64,000 bases of DNA from an uncultured delta proteobacterium (GTDB lineage Bacteria; Desulfobacterota; Binatia; UBA9968). Positions 47,721 to 57,658 of this stretch are shown here, in pieces (position 1 is the first letter of the stretch; each line of letters opens with the position of its first letter). The DNA is taken from positions 32,001-96,000 of the forward strand of contig CAVYTU010000015.1 in assembly GCA_963771465.1 (NCBI GenBank), given 5' to 3'. Below the pieces are notes generated by a model. That model did not search any database, was not told the DNA's origin, and was given only the letters and a program-made list of their open reading frames with translations. The translations under genes were made by a program, and so were the position numbers.

Positions 47721-47874
47721 AAGCAGTTCCTCTCGTCGTGAACGAAACGGATGTGACGGGAATCATTCCTTCTACTCTTAAACTCCGAATACAATCAAGT
47801 CTCGTGTCTCACCGCCGGCAGCCAGTGGACAGCGCCGCGCCGCTGGGCTAAAACGTGACGTGGAGAAATCGTAA

Positions 47875-48765
47875 ATGCCCTATTGCTACCCGCCGGACCC
47901 AAACACGCGCAAACCGCGCTTCACGCCGCCGGCGAATTCATGCGACACCCATTTCCACGTCTTCGGACCGCCGGAAGTGTTTCCGTTCCTGTCGACCCAT
48001 GAATACACGCCACCGGCAGCGCCGCTGGAGCATTATCGAAAGATGCTCGCGGTCATCGGCATCGAGCGCGCCGTCGTCGTCCAGCCGAGCGTGCACGGCC
48101 TCGACAATTCGGCGACGTTGGATGCGATCAAGAATGCCCATGGAAATTTTCGCGGCGTCGGGCGCATCGACGACAAGACGCCGAGCGACGAACTCAAGCG
48201 GTTGCATGCCGGCGGCATCCGCGGCGTGAGATTCAATCTGCTCGACCGCCCGCGCGGCAACGTCAAGCTCGACGTGCTCGACCGCTGCATCGACAATATC
48301 GTCAGCCTCGGTTGGTCGGTCGACCTGCACATCGACATGAAGAATCTCATCGCGCAAGAGAAGCGCATTCGCAACTCGCCGATCCCGGTGATCGTCGATC
48401 ACATCGCACGGGTGAAGCCGGCTGAAGGTTTACAGCAAGCCGGCTTCCAACTCTTGCTCGATCTGATGAAACTCAAACATGTCTGGACCAAAGTCAGCGG
48501 CGCCGACAAGATTTGCGAGACCACGGTGCACTCGTATTACGGTCTCCCCTTCGTCGAGGTGACGCCCTATGCGCAAGCGGTCATCGCCGCCGCGCCCGAC
48601 CGCGTCATCTGGGGCACCGACTGGCCGCACTCGAACAATTTCATGCCGGGCCATACGCCCAACGACGGCGACCTGGTCGACCTACTCGCTGTATTTGCTC
48701 CCGATGTGGCAGTGCGGCACAAGATCCTTGTTGACAATCCGGCGGCATTGTATGGTTTCAGCTGA
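47875..48765 (+). CDS. Amidohydrolase, 2-pyrone-4,6-dicarboxylate lactonase (LigI)-like
   Basis: CDTHFHVFGP, VQPS.HG.DN, G.RGVRFN, VDH, WGTDWPH, PNDG.L.D, ILVDNP..LYGF. Confidence 0.85.
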   Translation: MPYCYPPDPNTRKPRFTPPANSCDTHFHVFGPPEVFPFLSTHEYTPPAAPLEHYRKMLAVIGIERAVVVQPSVHGLDNSATLDAIKNAHGNFRGVGRIDDKTPSDELKRLHAGGIRGVRFNLLDRPRGNVKLDVLDRCIDNIVSLGWSVDLHIDMKNLIAQEKRIRNSPIPVIVDHIARVKPAEGLQQAGFQLLLDLMKLKHVWTKVSGADKICETTVHSYYGLPFVEVTPYAQAVIAAAPDRVIWGTDWPHSNNFMPGHTPNDGDLVDLLAVFAPDVAVRHKILVDNPAALYGFS

Positions 48766-48792
48766 TTTCAGAATTCTTAGGAGGACCGAACC

Positions 48793-49212
48793 GTGATCAA
48801 GATGACCGACGAGATGAAACAACGCGTGGACAAAGCCTTCGAAGAAAAAAAATACTGCGTCTGGGCAACCACTTCCGACGATGGTTTTCCCGATATCAGC
48901 TTTCGCGGCAGCACGTTTGTTTTCGACGACGAGCATATCGCCTTTTGGGATCGATCTTTCGGCGCGAGCACGACGAACTTGGAAAACAATCCGCACGTCT
49001 GCATGCTGTTCTATGACAAAGAGAATCGATTGGGCTGGCGTTTTTACGGCACTGCGACCGTTTACAAAGACGGTGAGATTCGCCAGCAGATCATGCGCCG
49101 CACGGTCAAAGGCGAGCTGGATAAAGACCCCGAGCGCAAAGGCTACGGCGTGCTCGTGCGGGTCGACAAAATTCGCGGCTACAGCGGCTTTAACGTCGTG
49201 CAAGAGCGGTAG
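48793..49212 (+). CDS. Pyridoxamine 5'-phosphate oxidase family (split-barrel) protein
   Basis: AT...DG.P.IS.RGS, NL..NP.V. Confidence 0.85.
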   Translation: MIKMTDEMKQRVDKAFEEKKYCVWATTSDDGFPDISFRGSTFVFDDEHIAFWDRSFGASTTNLENNPHVCMLFYDKENRLGWRFYGTATVYKDGEIRQQIMRRTVKGELDKDPERKGYGVLVRVDKIRGYSGFNVVQER

Positions 49213-49238
49213 CCGACGGCAGGGCCATCTGATCTCAA

Positions 49239-50231
49239 ATGACAAATCTCAGGTTTCAAATCCGGAACTCGTTTCGGTTTATCTTGATCGTCGCGATTGC
49301 GACCTGCATCTGCCTCGGCTCCACTAGCCACGCCGTCGATCGCATACGCGTCGCCGTGTCCAATCCCAACATGCCCAATCTGACGACGCAGATGGCGCTG
49401 AAGCGAAATTTCTTCAAAGACGAGAATCTCGACGTCGAGGTCATCCGCATGAATCCCAACGTCGCCATTACCGCGCTCGCCACCGCAGATATCGACTATT
49501 GCCAGCTATTCGGCGCGGTGGTTGGCGGCGCCATCGCCGGGCTGCCGGTTAGAATTGTCGCCGGCTTTCTCGACAACTGGCCGATGACTCTGATCGCCCA
49601 GCCGGAAGTGAAAACGCTCAAAGACTTGCGCGGCAAGACGCTCGGCATTAGCAGCTTCGGCGCGACGCCGGATGTCGCCGCGCGCATGATGATCAAGCAA
49701 GCCGGCATCGATCCGGAAAAAGACATCAAAGTGCTCGCTCTAGGTTCCGACGCCGCGCGCATGACGGGCTTGATGCAGCGCGTGGTCGACGTCGTCGTCA
49801 TGTCACCGCCCGCCGACACACAGCTGGAAAAACAAGGCTACAAAATTTTGGCGCGCGCCTATGAGCTATTTAATTTCCCCTATCTCGGTCTCGGCACCAA
49901 CACCCGCAAGATCAAGGAAAAACCGCACGAGATTCGCCGCGTCATCAAAGCGGCCATCCGCGCCAATCGATTTATCCGGGACAATCGCGACGAGTCGGTG
50001 CGCACCTTCATGAGCTGGGGTAAAGTCGAGCGCGAGTTCGCCTACGCGTCCTATGACGCGCTCAGAAATTTGTTTAACGCCGACGGCGCCGTGCCGGAAG
50101 ACGGACTGAAGCTGGTGATCGACCAAGCGCGTCGCAGCAGCAAAGTCATCCGCGAAGTGGCGCCGAGTGAAGTGGCGGACTTAACATTGTTGCGCGACGC
50201 GCAAGCGGAGTTGGGGATCAGAGCGCGATGA
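49239..50231 (+). CDS. NMT1/THI5-like ABC substrate-binding protein
   Basis: Signal peptide; FFKDENL.VE, LRGK.LGIS..G, DP.KD. Confidence 0.9.
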   Translation: MTNLRFQIRNSFRFILIVAIATCICLGSTSHAVDRIRVAVSNPNMPNLTTQMALKRNFFKDENLDVEVIRMNPNVAITALATADIDYCQLFGAVVGGAIAGLPVRIVAGFLDNWPMTLIAQPEVKTLKDLRGKTLGISSFGATPDVAARMMIKQAGIDPEKDIKVLALGSDAARMTGLMQRVVDVVVMSPPADTQLEKQGYKILARAYELFNFPYLGLGTNTRKIKEKPHEIRRVIKAAIRANRFIRDNRDESVRTFMSWGKVEREFAYASYDALRNLFNADGAVPEDGLKLVIDQARRSSKVIREVAPSEVADLTLLRDAQAELGIRAR

Positions 50232-50396
50232 TTCTAAATGGGCAGCCATGATGTGAGATCGCCGCGCCTGACGTAGCAGTCACCCCTATCCCATCCTTTC
50301 CCCGTCGAGGGGAAAGGAATCTAAAGTCGGCAGCAGGCGGCGGTATATAGTGCGACGAGTCACAGAATTGCAACACGCCATTAAGGAGCAACGATT

Positions 50397-51326
50397 ATGA
50401 TCGTCGACTGGCATGCTCATGTCTATCCGCCGGAGATGGCGAAGGAACGGCGTTGGGGCGGCGCGTCGCCGCTGACCATCGAGAACTTGCTCGAAGCGCA
50501 CGAGAAAGCCGGCATCGAGCGCTGCGTCGTCAGCAACACCATCCATTATCTCAAGGACAAATCGAACGACGAGTCGCTCGCGTTTCTGCGCCGCTGGAAC
50601 GAATACGGCGCGGAGATCCAGCAGAAGTACAAAGACCGCATTATCGTCTTCACCAGCACACTGCCCTGCGGCGGCGAAGCTTTTTTAAAAGAACTCGAAC
50701 GCGCCATCACTCAGAACGGCTTGAACGGCGTGCTGATCAATTCGAGCCATCAACACGCTTACCCCGACGACGATGAAGCCAAGCCGTTTTTTGAATTGAT
50801 CTCGGGCCTCGGCATCCCGATGATGATGCACGCGCCGTCGGTCGGTTACGGCGAAGAACGCATGCGCGACTACCGTTTGGCGTCGAGCGTGGGCCGGCCG
50901 TTCGACGAATGTCTGAGCATCGCCCGGCTGATCGTCCGCGGCGTCTTCGAACGGCACGGCAATCTTAAATTCGTCGGCTGCCATCTCGGCGGCGGCATTT
51001 GCGATGTCATCGGGCGCATGGACTACGCCTACGAGCTCGGCGACCAAGCTTCCGGCTTGGGCACCTACGAGCCGATGTTGATCACCAAGAAGCCGAGCGA
51101 GTATTTGAAAAAACTTTACATGGACACCGTCGCCTATCACCCGCCCGCAATTATGTGCGCCTATCAAACCGTCGGCGCTAAGCAATTGCTCTTCGGCAGC
51201 GACGCGCCGCCGCTTCTGCCGCTCCTGCCGCGCGCGAAAAAGATTATCGAAGAGCTGCCGATCAGCGACGCCGAGCGCCAAGATATTTTCGCGGGAAATG
51301 CACTCAAGCTACTCGAGCGCGGCTAA
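50397..51326 (+). CDS. Amidohydrolase (Amidohydro_2, ACMSD/decarboxylase-like)
   Basis: VDWHAH, MHAP, HLGG, LYMDT, LFGSD.P, GNA.KL. Confidence 0.9.
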   Translation: MIVDWHAHVYPPEMAKERRWGGASPLTIENLLEAHEKAGIERCVVSNTIHYLKDKSNDESLAFLRRWNEYGAEIQQKYKDRIIVFTSTLPCGGEAFLKELERAITQNGLNGVLINSSHQHAYPDDDEAKPFFELISGLGIPMMMHAPSVGYGEERMRDYRLASSVGRPFDECLSIARLIVRGVFERHGNLKFVGCHLGGGICDVIGRMDYAYELGDQASGLGTYEPMLITKKPSEYLKKLYMDTVAYHPPAIMCAYQTVGAKQLLFGSDAPPLLPLLPRAKKIIEELPISDAERQDIFAGNALKLLERG

Positions 51327-51415
51327 AGCGATCGTCGCTACCGAGACACCTCCGCTGATTTGACGTTTCGGTTGCGCCGCATTATGGGAGTTTAATCGGA
51401 TCTAAGGAGAGTTAC

Positions 51416-51721
51416 ATGCCGCGTTGGACAGATATTGAGAAGTTTTCGTGGGCGCCGCGAATTTGCGCGGTCATGACGTTCGTGGCGATCATCAACCTAA
51501 CGGCTTTCGCCGTGTCAGCTCAAACTCAGTCGGTGCAAAGCTATCGAGAACTGTTCGAGCGCAGTGAAAAAGAAAAGAAAGGATTGGTTTTTTACGTAAA
51601 GGGTCAGACGATCTCCGGCATCGTCGTCAAGATCAGCACCGACGCGGTGGAAATTCGCAATCAAACCTACAGCCGGATTATCATTCGCCTCGATAGTGTC
51701 GATGCGGTAGCAATGAACTGA
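51416..51721 (+). CDS. Small secreted hypothetical protein with Sm/Hfq-like pattern
   Basis: AGGAG RBS; hydrophobic signal ending AFA-VSA; mature part is one helix plus five beta strands. Confidence 0.7.
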   Translation: MPRWTDIEKFSWAPRICAVMTFVAIINLTAFAVSAQTQSVQSYRELFERSEKEKKGLVFYVKGQTISGIVVKISTDAVEIRNQTYSRIIIRLDSVDAVAMN

Positions 51722-51762
51722 AGATTTGTGCAATAATAATTTTCACGCCGAGGAGGAGAGAA

Positions 51763-52035
51763 ATGCCGCTATCCTATGAAGATTTAGTCGAACCGACGAT
51801 TGTCAGGCAAGAATCAAAGAGCGTCGCCTACTGCCGCTGCACGCGCAGCAAGAACCTGCCGTTCTGTGACGGCTCCCATGCCGCGACGAGCATCCAGCCG
51901 GCGGTGTTGGAGTTCGCGCAACCCGAAACCATCGCTATCTGCCGTTGCTGGAAATCGAAAGATCATCCCTATTGCGACGGCACCCACGGCCGTCTCGTGA
52001 AACCCAAAGAGCGCCCGCCGAGAGCGCACGGTTGA
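51763..52035 (+). CDS. CDGSH iron-sulfur protein with two [2Fe-2S] motifs
   Basis: CRC..SKN.PFCDGSH and CRC..SK..PYCDGTH. Confidence 0.92.
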   Translation: MPLSYEDLVEPTIVRQESKSVAYCRCTRSKNLPFCDGSHAATSIQPAVLEFAQPETIAICRCWKSKDHPYCDGTHGRLVKPKERPPRAHG

Positions 52036-52095
52036 CGTCCGATATGAACCGCTGGAACGTTTTGAACTGACTTAGAATTAACAAGGAGGAATCCC

Positions 52096-52482
52096 ATGGT
52101 CGAGATGAAAAATCCGATAAAGGAAGCCGATGCACATCCGGAGATCGGCCACTTAAGCCTGTGGCGCACCGATCTCGCGTATTTCTGGGTGATCAACTGC
52201 GAGCCCAATCTCCAGGACGACATGCACTACCATGAAAACGACGATCATATTTTCATGTGTCTCGAAGGCGAGTGCACCGTGCGCACGCCGCATAAAGCAT
52301 TTGTGCTAAAACAGCACGATACCGTCCTGCTCAAGTCCGGCGAGTCTTATCAGCTCTGCAATACCGGCAAGGGCAGAATGCTGCTGCTTGGCGCGGGCAA
52401 CACCGGCGTGAACGGCAACCCGCGCACCCGCGTGCCCAAGATCCCGAGCCACACGCAGCTCAAAGAAGCTGTCGTTGCGTAA
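52096..52482 (+). CDS. Cupin domain protein
   Basis: MHYHENDDH.F..LEG. Confidence 0.85.
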   Translation: MVEMKNPIKEADAHPEIGHLSLWRTDLAYFWVINCEPNLQDDMHYHENDDHIFMCLEGECTVRTPHKAFVLKQHDTVLLKSGESYQLCNTGKGRMLLLGAGNTGVNGNPRTRVPKIPSHTQLKEAVVA

Positions 52483-52522
52483 TCGCGTTACACCTCAACA
52501 ATCGATCGCTGACATCTAGTCC

Positions 52523-52562
52523 AAAAAAAACCGGCAGCGCAGAACAAACTGCGCTGCCGGTT
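52523..52562 (-). terminator. Intrinsic terminator (U-tract on minus strand, possibly bidirectional)
   Basis: A8 followed by CCGGCAGCGCAG-AACAAA-CTGCGCTGCCGG, between convergent cupin and Tim44 genes. Confidence 0.85.
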
Positions 52563-52585
52563 GGAATTGCATACTCGTATTGAAA

Positions 52586-53566
52586 TTAGGCCTGCTGCAC
52601 CGCCGTCAATTTCCACGCGTTCGGTCCGACCGGACGGGTGAATGTCCAAAACTCTTCGAACTGCACCGGCTGTGAATCATTGCCACTAACGACGCTGCCG
52701 TTGTCATCAACAGTGTAATCGAGCAGATTGGCGAAGAGTCGTACGGTAATAAAATCTTCGCCGTTTTCGGTCCACGCTTCGGTGATCTCGCTCTCGCGCA
52801 GCGCGATATTGTCCATGCGGTTTTTATGGCCGCGCAGCTTGAGTTGAGCCAACTCCTCTTCCCAGCTCTTCAACAATTCCGCGCCGCACAGCGCGCGCAA
52901 TGCACCGATATCCTGCTTGTTCCAGGCGCCCTGGACTTTAAAGAAAATATCCTGCGAGGTTTTTAAAAACAGATTGGGATCGAAAGTGCGATCCATCATC
53001 GTCAGCGAGCGGTAGTCGATACCGTTGAACGGTAACGGCTCCTGAACCGGTGGAGTATTGGAATAACTCGACCCGGTCGGCACCTGAGACTGCGCGTCTT
53101 GATACTGCATCGAGCCGTAACCCGGCGCCGCCGCGGCCTGAGACGATTTGTATTTACGATAAATGAAATACGCCAAGCCCCCGAAGAGCAGAATTTCCAT
53201 CATGCCAAAGCCGCTGCCACCTAAGCCACCCCCCAAACCGCCCATACCGGTCGCGTTGGCCAGGCCGGAAAAAAGCATTGAACCGAGGAATCCGCCCAGG
53301 ATTGCGGTGCCAATACCGCGCATGAATCCGCCCGATTGCATCATCGGCGATGGCTGTTGCACCTGCTGCGGCGTCGCGGCGCGCTGCGGCTGGGACGGCT
53401 GCGCCGGCTTGCTCGGCGCTTGATAACTTCGCGAACCGCGAAAACCGCCAGCTCGGCCGCCGCCGGCGCGGGCATCCGCCAAAGTTTCTAGAACAATTTG
53501 CGATAGTCCGATAATCGCGAAAAGGCCGACGGCCATTAGCGATAGTCTCGAATTTCTACTGAACAT
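52586..53566 (-). CDS. Tim44 domain-containing protein
   Basis: ARAGGG...G.RGSR, Gly-rich TM region, F...Q.AW...D, ITV.....LDY, EFWTF.R....W.L..VQQ. Confidence 0.9.
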   Translation of the reverse strand: MFSRNSRLSLMAVGLFAIIGLSQIVLETLADARAGGGRAGGFRGSRSYQAPSKPAQPSQPQRAATPQQVQQPSPMMQSGGFMRGIGTAILGGFLGSMLFSGLANATGMGGLGGGLGGSGFGMMEILLFGGLAYFIYRKYKSSQAAAAPGYGSMQYQDAQSQVPTGSSYSNTPPVQEPLPFNGIDYRSLTMMDRTFDPNLFLKTSQDIFFKVQGAWNKQDIGALRALCGAELLKSWEEELAQLKLRGHKNRMDNIALRESEITEAWTENGEDFITVRLFANLLDYTVDDNGSVVSGNDSQPVQFEEFWTFTRPVGPNAWKLTAVQQA

Positions 53567-53750
53567 ATAAGCTTGCCTCCTAAATAAGGGGTTAACGGTT
53601 GGGTGAATGGTCGAAGTCTAGCCATCGCAGCGCGTTGAGTCAATGCCATATTTTTTAAATGTTCGCCCCGCCAATAGGTGAACCATATCGCCGTCAAACC
53701 AGCCGCCAATCGTTGCCTTTCACGCGCCGGTGTGGCACTTGAGCACAACC

Positions 53751-54992
53751 ATGGCGGATTCCAAGTGGTATCAAGACCTCACCCCGTATCAGTGGCGGGT
53801 GCTCCTGTGCGCTTGCCTGGGTTGGGCGTTGGACATCATGGATGGCTATCTCTACGCCATTATCTTGTTCCCAGCCATGAGCGACCTTCTCGGCACCACC
53901 GAGAGCGCGGTCATCGGCTGGTACGGCGGCATCGTGCTGAGCATTTTCATGATCGGCTGGGCACTCGGCGGCCTCATCTTCGGGCCCATCGCGGATCGAT
54001 ACGGGCGCGCCAAGACCATGGCGATCACGATTCTAATCTACGCAACATTTACCGGTCTGTGTGGTGTGGCCAACAGCTGGTGGGAGCTGGCCATATTCCG
54101 GTTCTTAACCGGCTTAGGTATCGGCGGAGAGTGGGCCGCCGGCGCGGCGCTGATCGCCGAAAGTTGGCCGGCGCAGTCCCGCGCCAAAGCTGCCGGCATC
54201 ATGCAAGCATCGGGCGGCATCGGCTTTTTTCTCGCCTCAATGCTTTATCTTTTTATCGGTCCCTACGGTTGGCGCTGGGTCTTTGCGCTCGGCGTGCTGC
54301 CCGCCGTAGCGGCCTTCTACATTCGCAGATCGTTAGAAGAGCCAGAGCGTTGGGTCAGAGCGAAAAGTGCGAAGAATCCTTACTCCGGGCTCTTCGCCGG
54401 TTCCTTGCGCCATGACGTTGTGGTTTGCACGGCCATGGCGGTGATTGCCACCTTTGGATATCAAGGCGCGATTCAGTGGGTACCGAGCTGGATCAGCGCC
54501 ATGCTTCAAGCCCAAGGGCCGCGCGCCGTGATCCCGCAAGTTAGTCTCATCACCAGCGTGCTCAACTTCGGCGGTATGTTCGGCTGCTTGGCGCTGCCCT
54601 TTATTGCTGATCGTTACGGGCGCAAACGCGCGCTGTTCTACTATTTCTTGGGCGCGTCCTTGTCGGTCCCGACGACATTTTTCCTGGCGCAAGGATTTAC
54701 TCAGGCCGTGCTCGCCGCACCGATCATGGGATTTTTTGCCGGTGGGGTTTTTACCGGCTTCGCGATTTATTTCCCCGAACTGTTCCCCACCGCGATCCGC
54801 GCCACCGCCCAAGGATTTTGCTACAACTTCGCACGCTTTTTCTCCGCCGTGGCGCCCTTCGCCACCGGCGCCATCGTCTCGGCCTACCGCTCCTTCGCAC
54901 CGGCCATCGCAATGGTCGGCTTGGTTTACCTGCTCGGTCTAGTCGTTCTCGTTTACGCGCGCGAAACTAAAGGCCACGCACTGCCGGAATAG
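53751..54992 (+). CDS. MFS transporter (aromatic acid/sialate-like)
   Basis: GWALD.MD, ADRYGR, GIGGEWAAG..L.AE.WP, ELFPT..RAT; ATG 53751. Confidence 0.9.
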   Translation: MADSKWYQDLTPYQWRVLLCACLGWALDIMDGYLYAIILFPAMSDLLGTTESAVIGWYGGIVLSIFMIGWALGGLIFGPIADRYGRAKTMAITILIYATFTGLCGVANSWWELAIFRFLTGLGIGGEWAAGAALIAESWPAQSRAKAAGIMQASGGIGFFLASMLYLFIGPYGWRWVFALGVLPAVAAFYIRRSLEEPERWVRAKSAKNPYSGLFAGSLRHDVVVCTAMAVIATFGYQGAIQWVPSWISAMLQAQGPRAVIPQVSLITSVLNFGGMFGCLALPFIADRYGRKRALFYYFLGASLSVPTTFFLAQGFTQAVLAAPIMGFFAGGVFTGFAIYFPELFPTAIRATAQGFCYNFARFFSAVAPFATGAIVSAYRSFAPAIAMVGLVYLLGLVVLVYARETKGHALPE

Positions 54993-55033
54993 GGAGGGAC
55001 TGCGGATAATCCTCCGCATCCGAATCTTCTTCC

Positions 55034-56164
55034 CTACTTCGCGCCGACCGCCTGCGCTTTCGGGAAGCCGTAGGCTTCGAAAACCTTCTTCTGCAGCTCT
55101 TCGAGCTGCGGCGCGTGCTCCCAACCGACGAGCGTGACTTTTCTTCCCTGGGTCAACTGATGCGGCGTCGTGCCGGGGAAGAACACCGAACCTTTGTCGT
55201 CGCGATTGATGATGTTCTGGGTTTCCGCGCTGGCAAGGAACTCCAACCAGAGTAATCCGGCGTAGGGCGAGCTGGCTTTTCCTAAAACGGCCTCATGATC
55301 GGCGATCCGAATCGGTACCGGCTCGACAACTTTAAAAGCCAACGACCCGCTGCGATCTTTGGCCATGGCCCGCTTCGTGCTGTTCAGGTTGGCACCCAAT
55401 AACATCGCATATTCGCCGGCAACGATGGCCGCCAGCGTGCGCGAGTGGCCGCGGATCCAGATCGGTTCCTGCGCCGCGATCGCTTTGGCAAATTGCAGCG
55501 TCTTTTCCAAACCCCAAGCAGGAATCAGATTGGCGACTTCCTGCGGGCGGATGTCGACTAAAAATTTTCTTCCCTTGAACTCGGGTCTCAAGAAGTCGTC
55601 CCAAACGCCGGGCACCTTGTTCTCGGCAATCAATTTTTTGTTGTAGGCCACCACTTGCGTATTGGTGCTGTAGGAAACGATGTTGCGATTGACCGGATCG
55701 ATCATTCCCAGCGCCATTTGCAGCACGCCCTGCTGCGCCATGCCTAAAACATCGAACTTCTTTTGGTAGGGAAAATAGTCGTCATAATAATCGGTGGTGA
55801 GATAATTAACGTCCCAGCCGCTCGCCGTGCCGGATTTCATCTCCAAGAGCATGCGTTGATAGGTGTCGGTGCCGGCGATTTCCTCCGCCCGCAGCTCGAT
55901 GAATGGATATTTTTTCCTGAAGGCATCGGACACCGGCTTGAGGCTTTCCATTTCGAGCGAAGTCACAACTCTCAGCTTGCCCTCTTTCCTCGCTTTGGCG
56001 ACGATCTCGTCGTGGCTGGTTTCGAAGATAAAGCCTTTCGCTTCGGCGTCTTGCTTTGCCTTTTGCAGCGCGGCCGGCGCAGCAGCGGCATTAAGCGCGA
56101 CTGGTATTCCGGAGAGTAGCAGAAAGGTCACGAGCAGCGTTTTGGTTACATTCTGAAACCCCAT
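55034..56164 (-). CDS. ABC substrate-binding protein (Fe3+/polyamine/thiamine-type cluster)
   Basis: A.KEG.L, F.KKYPF, YNK, P..W.D, .P.A..L..EF; ATG 56164 after GGAGG. Confidence 0.85.
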   Translation of the reverse strand: MGFQNVTKTLLVTFLLLSGIPVALNAAAAPAALQKAKQDAEAKGFIFETSHDEIVAKARKEGKLRVVTSLEMESLKPVSDAFRKKYPFIELRAEEIAGTDTYQRMLLEMKSGTASGWDVNYLTTDYYDDYFPYQKKFDVLGMAQQGVLQMALGMIDPVNRNIVSYSTNTQVVAYNKKLIAENKVPGVWDDFLRPEFKGRKFLVDIRPQEVANLIPAWGLEKTLQFAKAIAAQEPIWIRGHSRTLAAIVAGEYAMLLGANLNSTKRAMAKDRSGSLAFKVVEPVPIRIADHEAVLGKASSPYAGLLWLEFLASAETQNIINRDDKGSVFFPGTTPHQLTQGRKVTLVGWEHAPQLEELQKKVFEAYGFPKAQAVGAK

Positions 56165-56205
56165 GGTAAACCTCCTGTGTTTGGCGTCAGACTGAGCAAA
56201 ATCAA

Positions 56206-57570
56206 TCACAGCGCCAATTGCGCCGCAAGCCCAGCCAAGTCGGTTAAGTTTTCCAGACTGCGTGCTGACTCGACAATCGCTTTGGAGCGCGCATCACCCA
56301 ATACCGGCACGCTGAGCAGGAGAAATTTTTCCTCCACCTCGGCGGCGGAGAGCGGATTGTACGGCGCGCCCGGCACGCGATCGATGAGGATTTTGAAATG
56401 GCCGCCGTCGATCATATTGATCTCGACGATCGCCGGGCGCACGGCGGGAAAAATTTTCGTCAGTTCAGCGTCGGCGACGATCTCGACGCATTTTTTCCTT
56501 TCCAACACTGCCGGGTCATGCATGCGTGCGAAGTCATGGGAGTTTTGAAAATCGATTTTGCCGTCGATCATCGCCGCCGCCAGCATGTACTGGCAATTGA
56601 CGTCGGGCATGTGGCGGTCGTTGATCGTGCGCGCCTGGGTCTCGGGCAGCCGCACGGTGATCTTGCGGATTTGCCGGCCGTCGAGACGATTCTCCCGCAC
56701 CAACCGGAAGTAACCTTCCAGCGTCGCCTGCATCGGCTGCCCAGCGGGATATTTCTTGATGCTGGTGTCGAGCAATTCGTAGCGCGAACCCAACTCTTTG
56801 ATCGTCTCTTCGGGATGCGCGTTGTCGGAGAACGCTTTGAAAAAATTCTCCTCGCCTTCGAACACCGTCGCCGTGCCGGTGAAACCCGCCTCGGCCATCA
56901 GCGCCGCGCTGACGCCGTTGCGCGCCGAGGCGCCGGAAAAACAGAGTGCTTTGTCGATGTGTTCGGGATCTTGACGCCAGGTGTTGATGCCGCTCGCCTG
57001 TGTGCCGGCGAGCGCGAGCGCATGACGCGCTTGCTGCGAATTCAAACCTAACAAGCGGCTCGCCGCGGCGGCGACGCCAAAAACCGCGCACAGCGATCCG
57101 GCATGCAGACCGCGCTGGCCCATCCAGTTACGGTCGAAGGCTTTGTTGATCCGGCACATCACGTCGTAGCCCAGAACATAAGCGTTGATCAGCTCGCGGC
57201 CCGAACGTCGGCGCAGTTCCGCCGCGGCCAAAGCCGCCGGTAAAATCACCGAACCGGGATGAGTCACCGTCGGGAAATGCGCGTCATCGGTTTCGTCGGC
57301 ATGAGCCGTCATCGCATTGGCCAACGCCGCAAGAATCGCGCTCGTGCGCAAGTTAGTGGCGACGACGGTCGCTTGCGCCGGCCCGCCTTGCCCGCGCACG
57401 AATTCAATCGCCACTGTCCCCGGTTTCAACGTCGAACCGGAAATCATCGCGCCGAGAGTATCGAGAAGGTGAATCTTCGCGCGCTCGACGACCGCTTGCG
57501 GCAACTGCGCCGCACGATCGCTAACGATGTAGTTGCTAAGCGTTTCGGTAATATTAAGCTTCTCTGCCAT
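56206..57570 (-). CDS. MmgE/PrpD family protein
   Basis: LLD.LG, ALAN...AH..E.DD.H, HP, G.H, K.YP, G.P..P. Confidence 0.92.
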   Translation of the reverse strand: MAEKLNITETLSNYIVSDRAAQLPQAVVERAKIHLLDTLGAMISGSTLKPGTVAIEFVRGQGGPAQATVVATNLRTSAILAALANAMTAHADETDDAHFPTVTHPGSVILPAALAAAELRRRSGRELINAYVLGYDVMCRINKAFDRNWMGQRGLHAGSLCAVFGVAAAASRLLGLNSQQARHALALAGTQASGINTWRQDPEHIDKALCFSGASARNGVSAALMAEAGFTGTATVFEGEENFFKAFSDNAHPEETIKELGSRYELLDTSIKKYPAGQPMQATLEGYFRLVRENRLDGRQIRKITVRLPETQARTINDRHMPDVNCQYMLAAAMIDGKIDFQNSHDFARMHDPAVLERKKCVEIVADAELTKIFPAVRPAIVEINMIDGGHFKILIDRVPGAPYNPLSAAEVEEKFLLLSVPVLGDARSKAIVESARSLENLTDLAGLAAQLAL

Positions 57571-57594
57571 TACGAGTCCTCTCTAATTCCAGAG

Positions 57595-57647
57595 TTCCAA
57601 ATGTTCAAGTCGTTCAACCGCTGCGCTCCGTTCAATCGGTTTGAACG
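57595..57647. repeat. 9-mer GTTCAA tandem repeats
   Basis: GTTCCAAAT-GTTCAAGTC-GTTCAACCG..GTTCAATCG; reverse-complement copies at about 36596-36629 and 52045-52067. Confidence 0.6.
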
Positions 57648-57658
57648 GTTACGACAAG

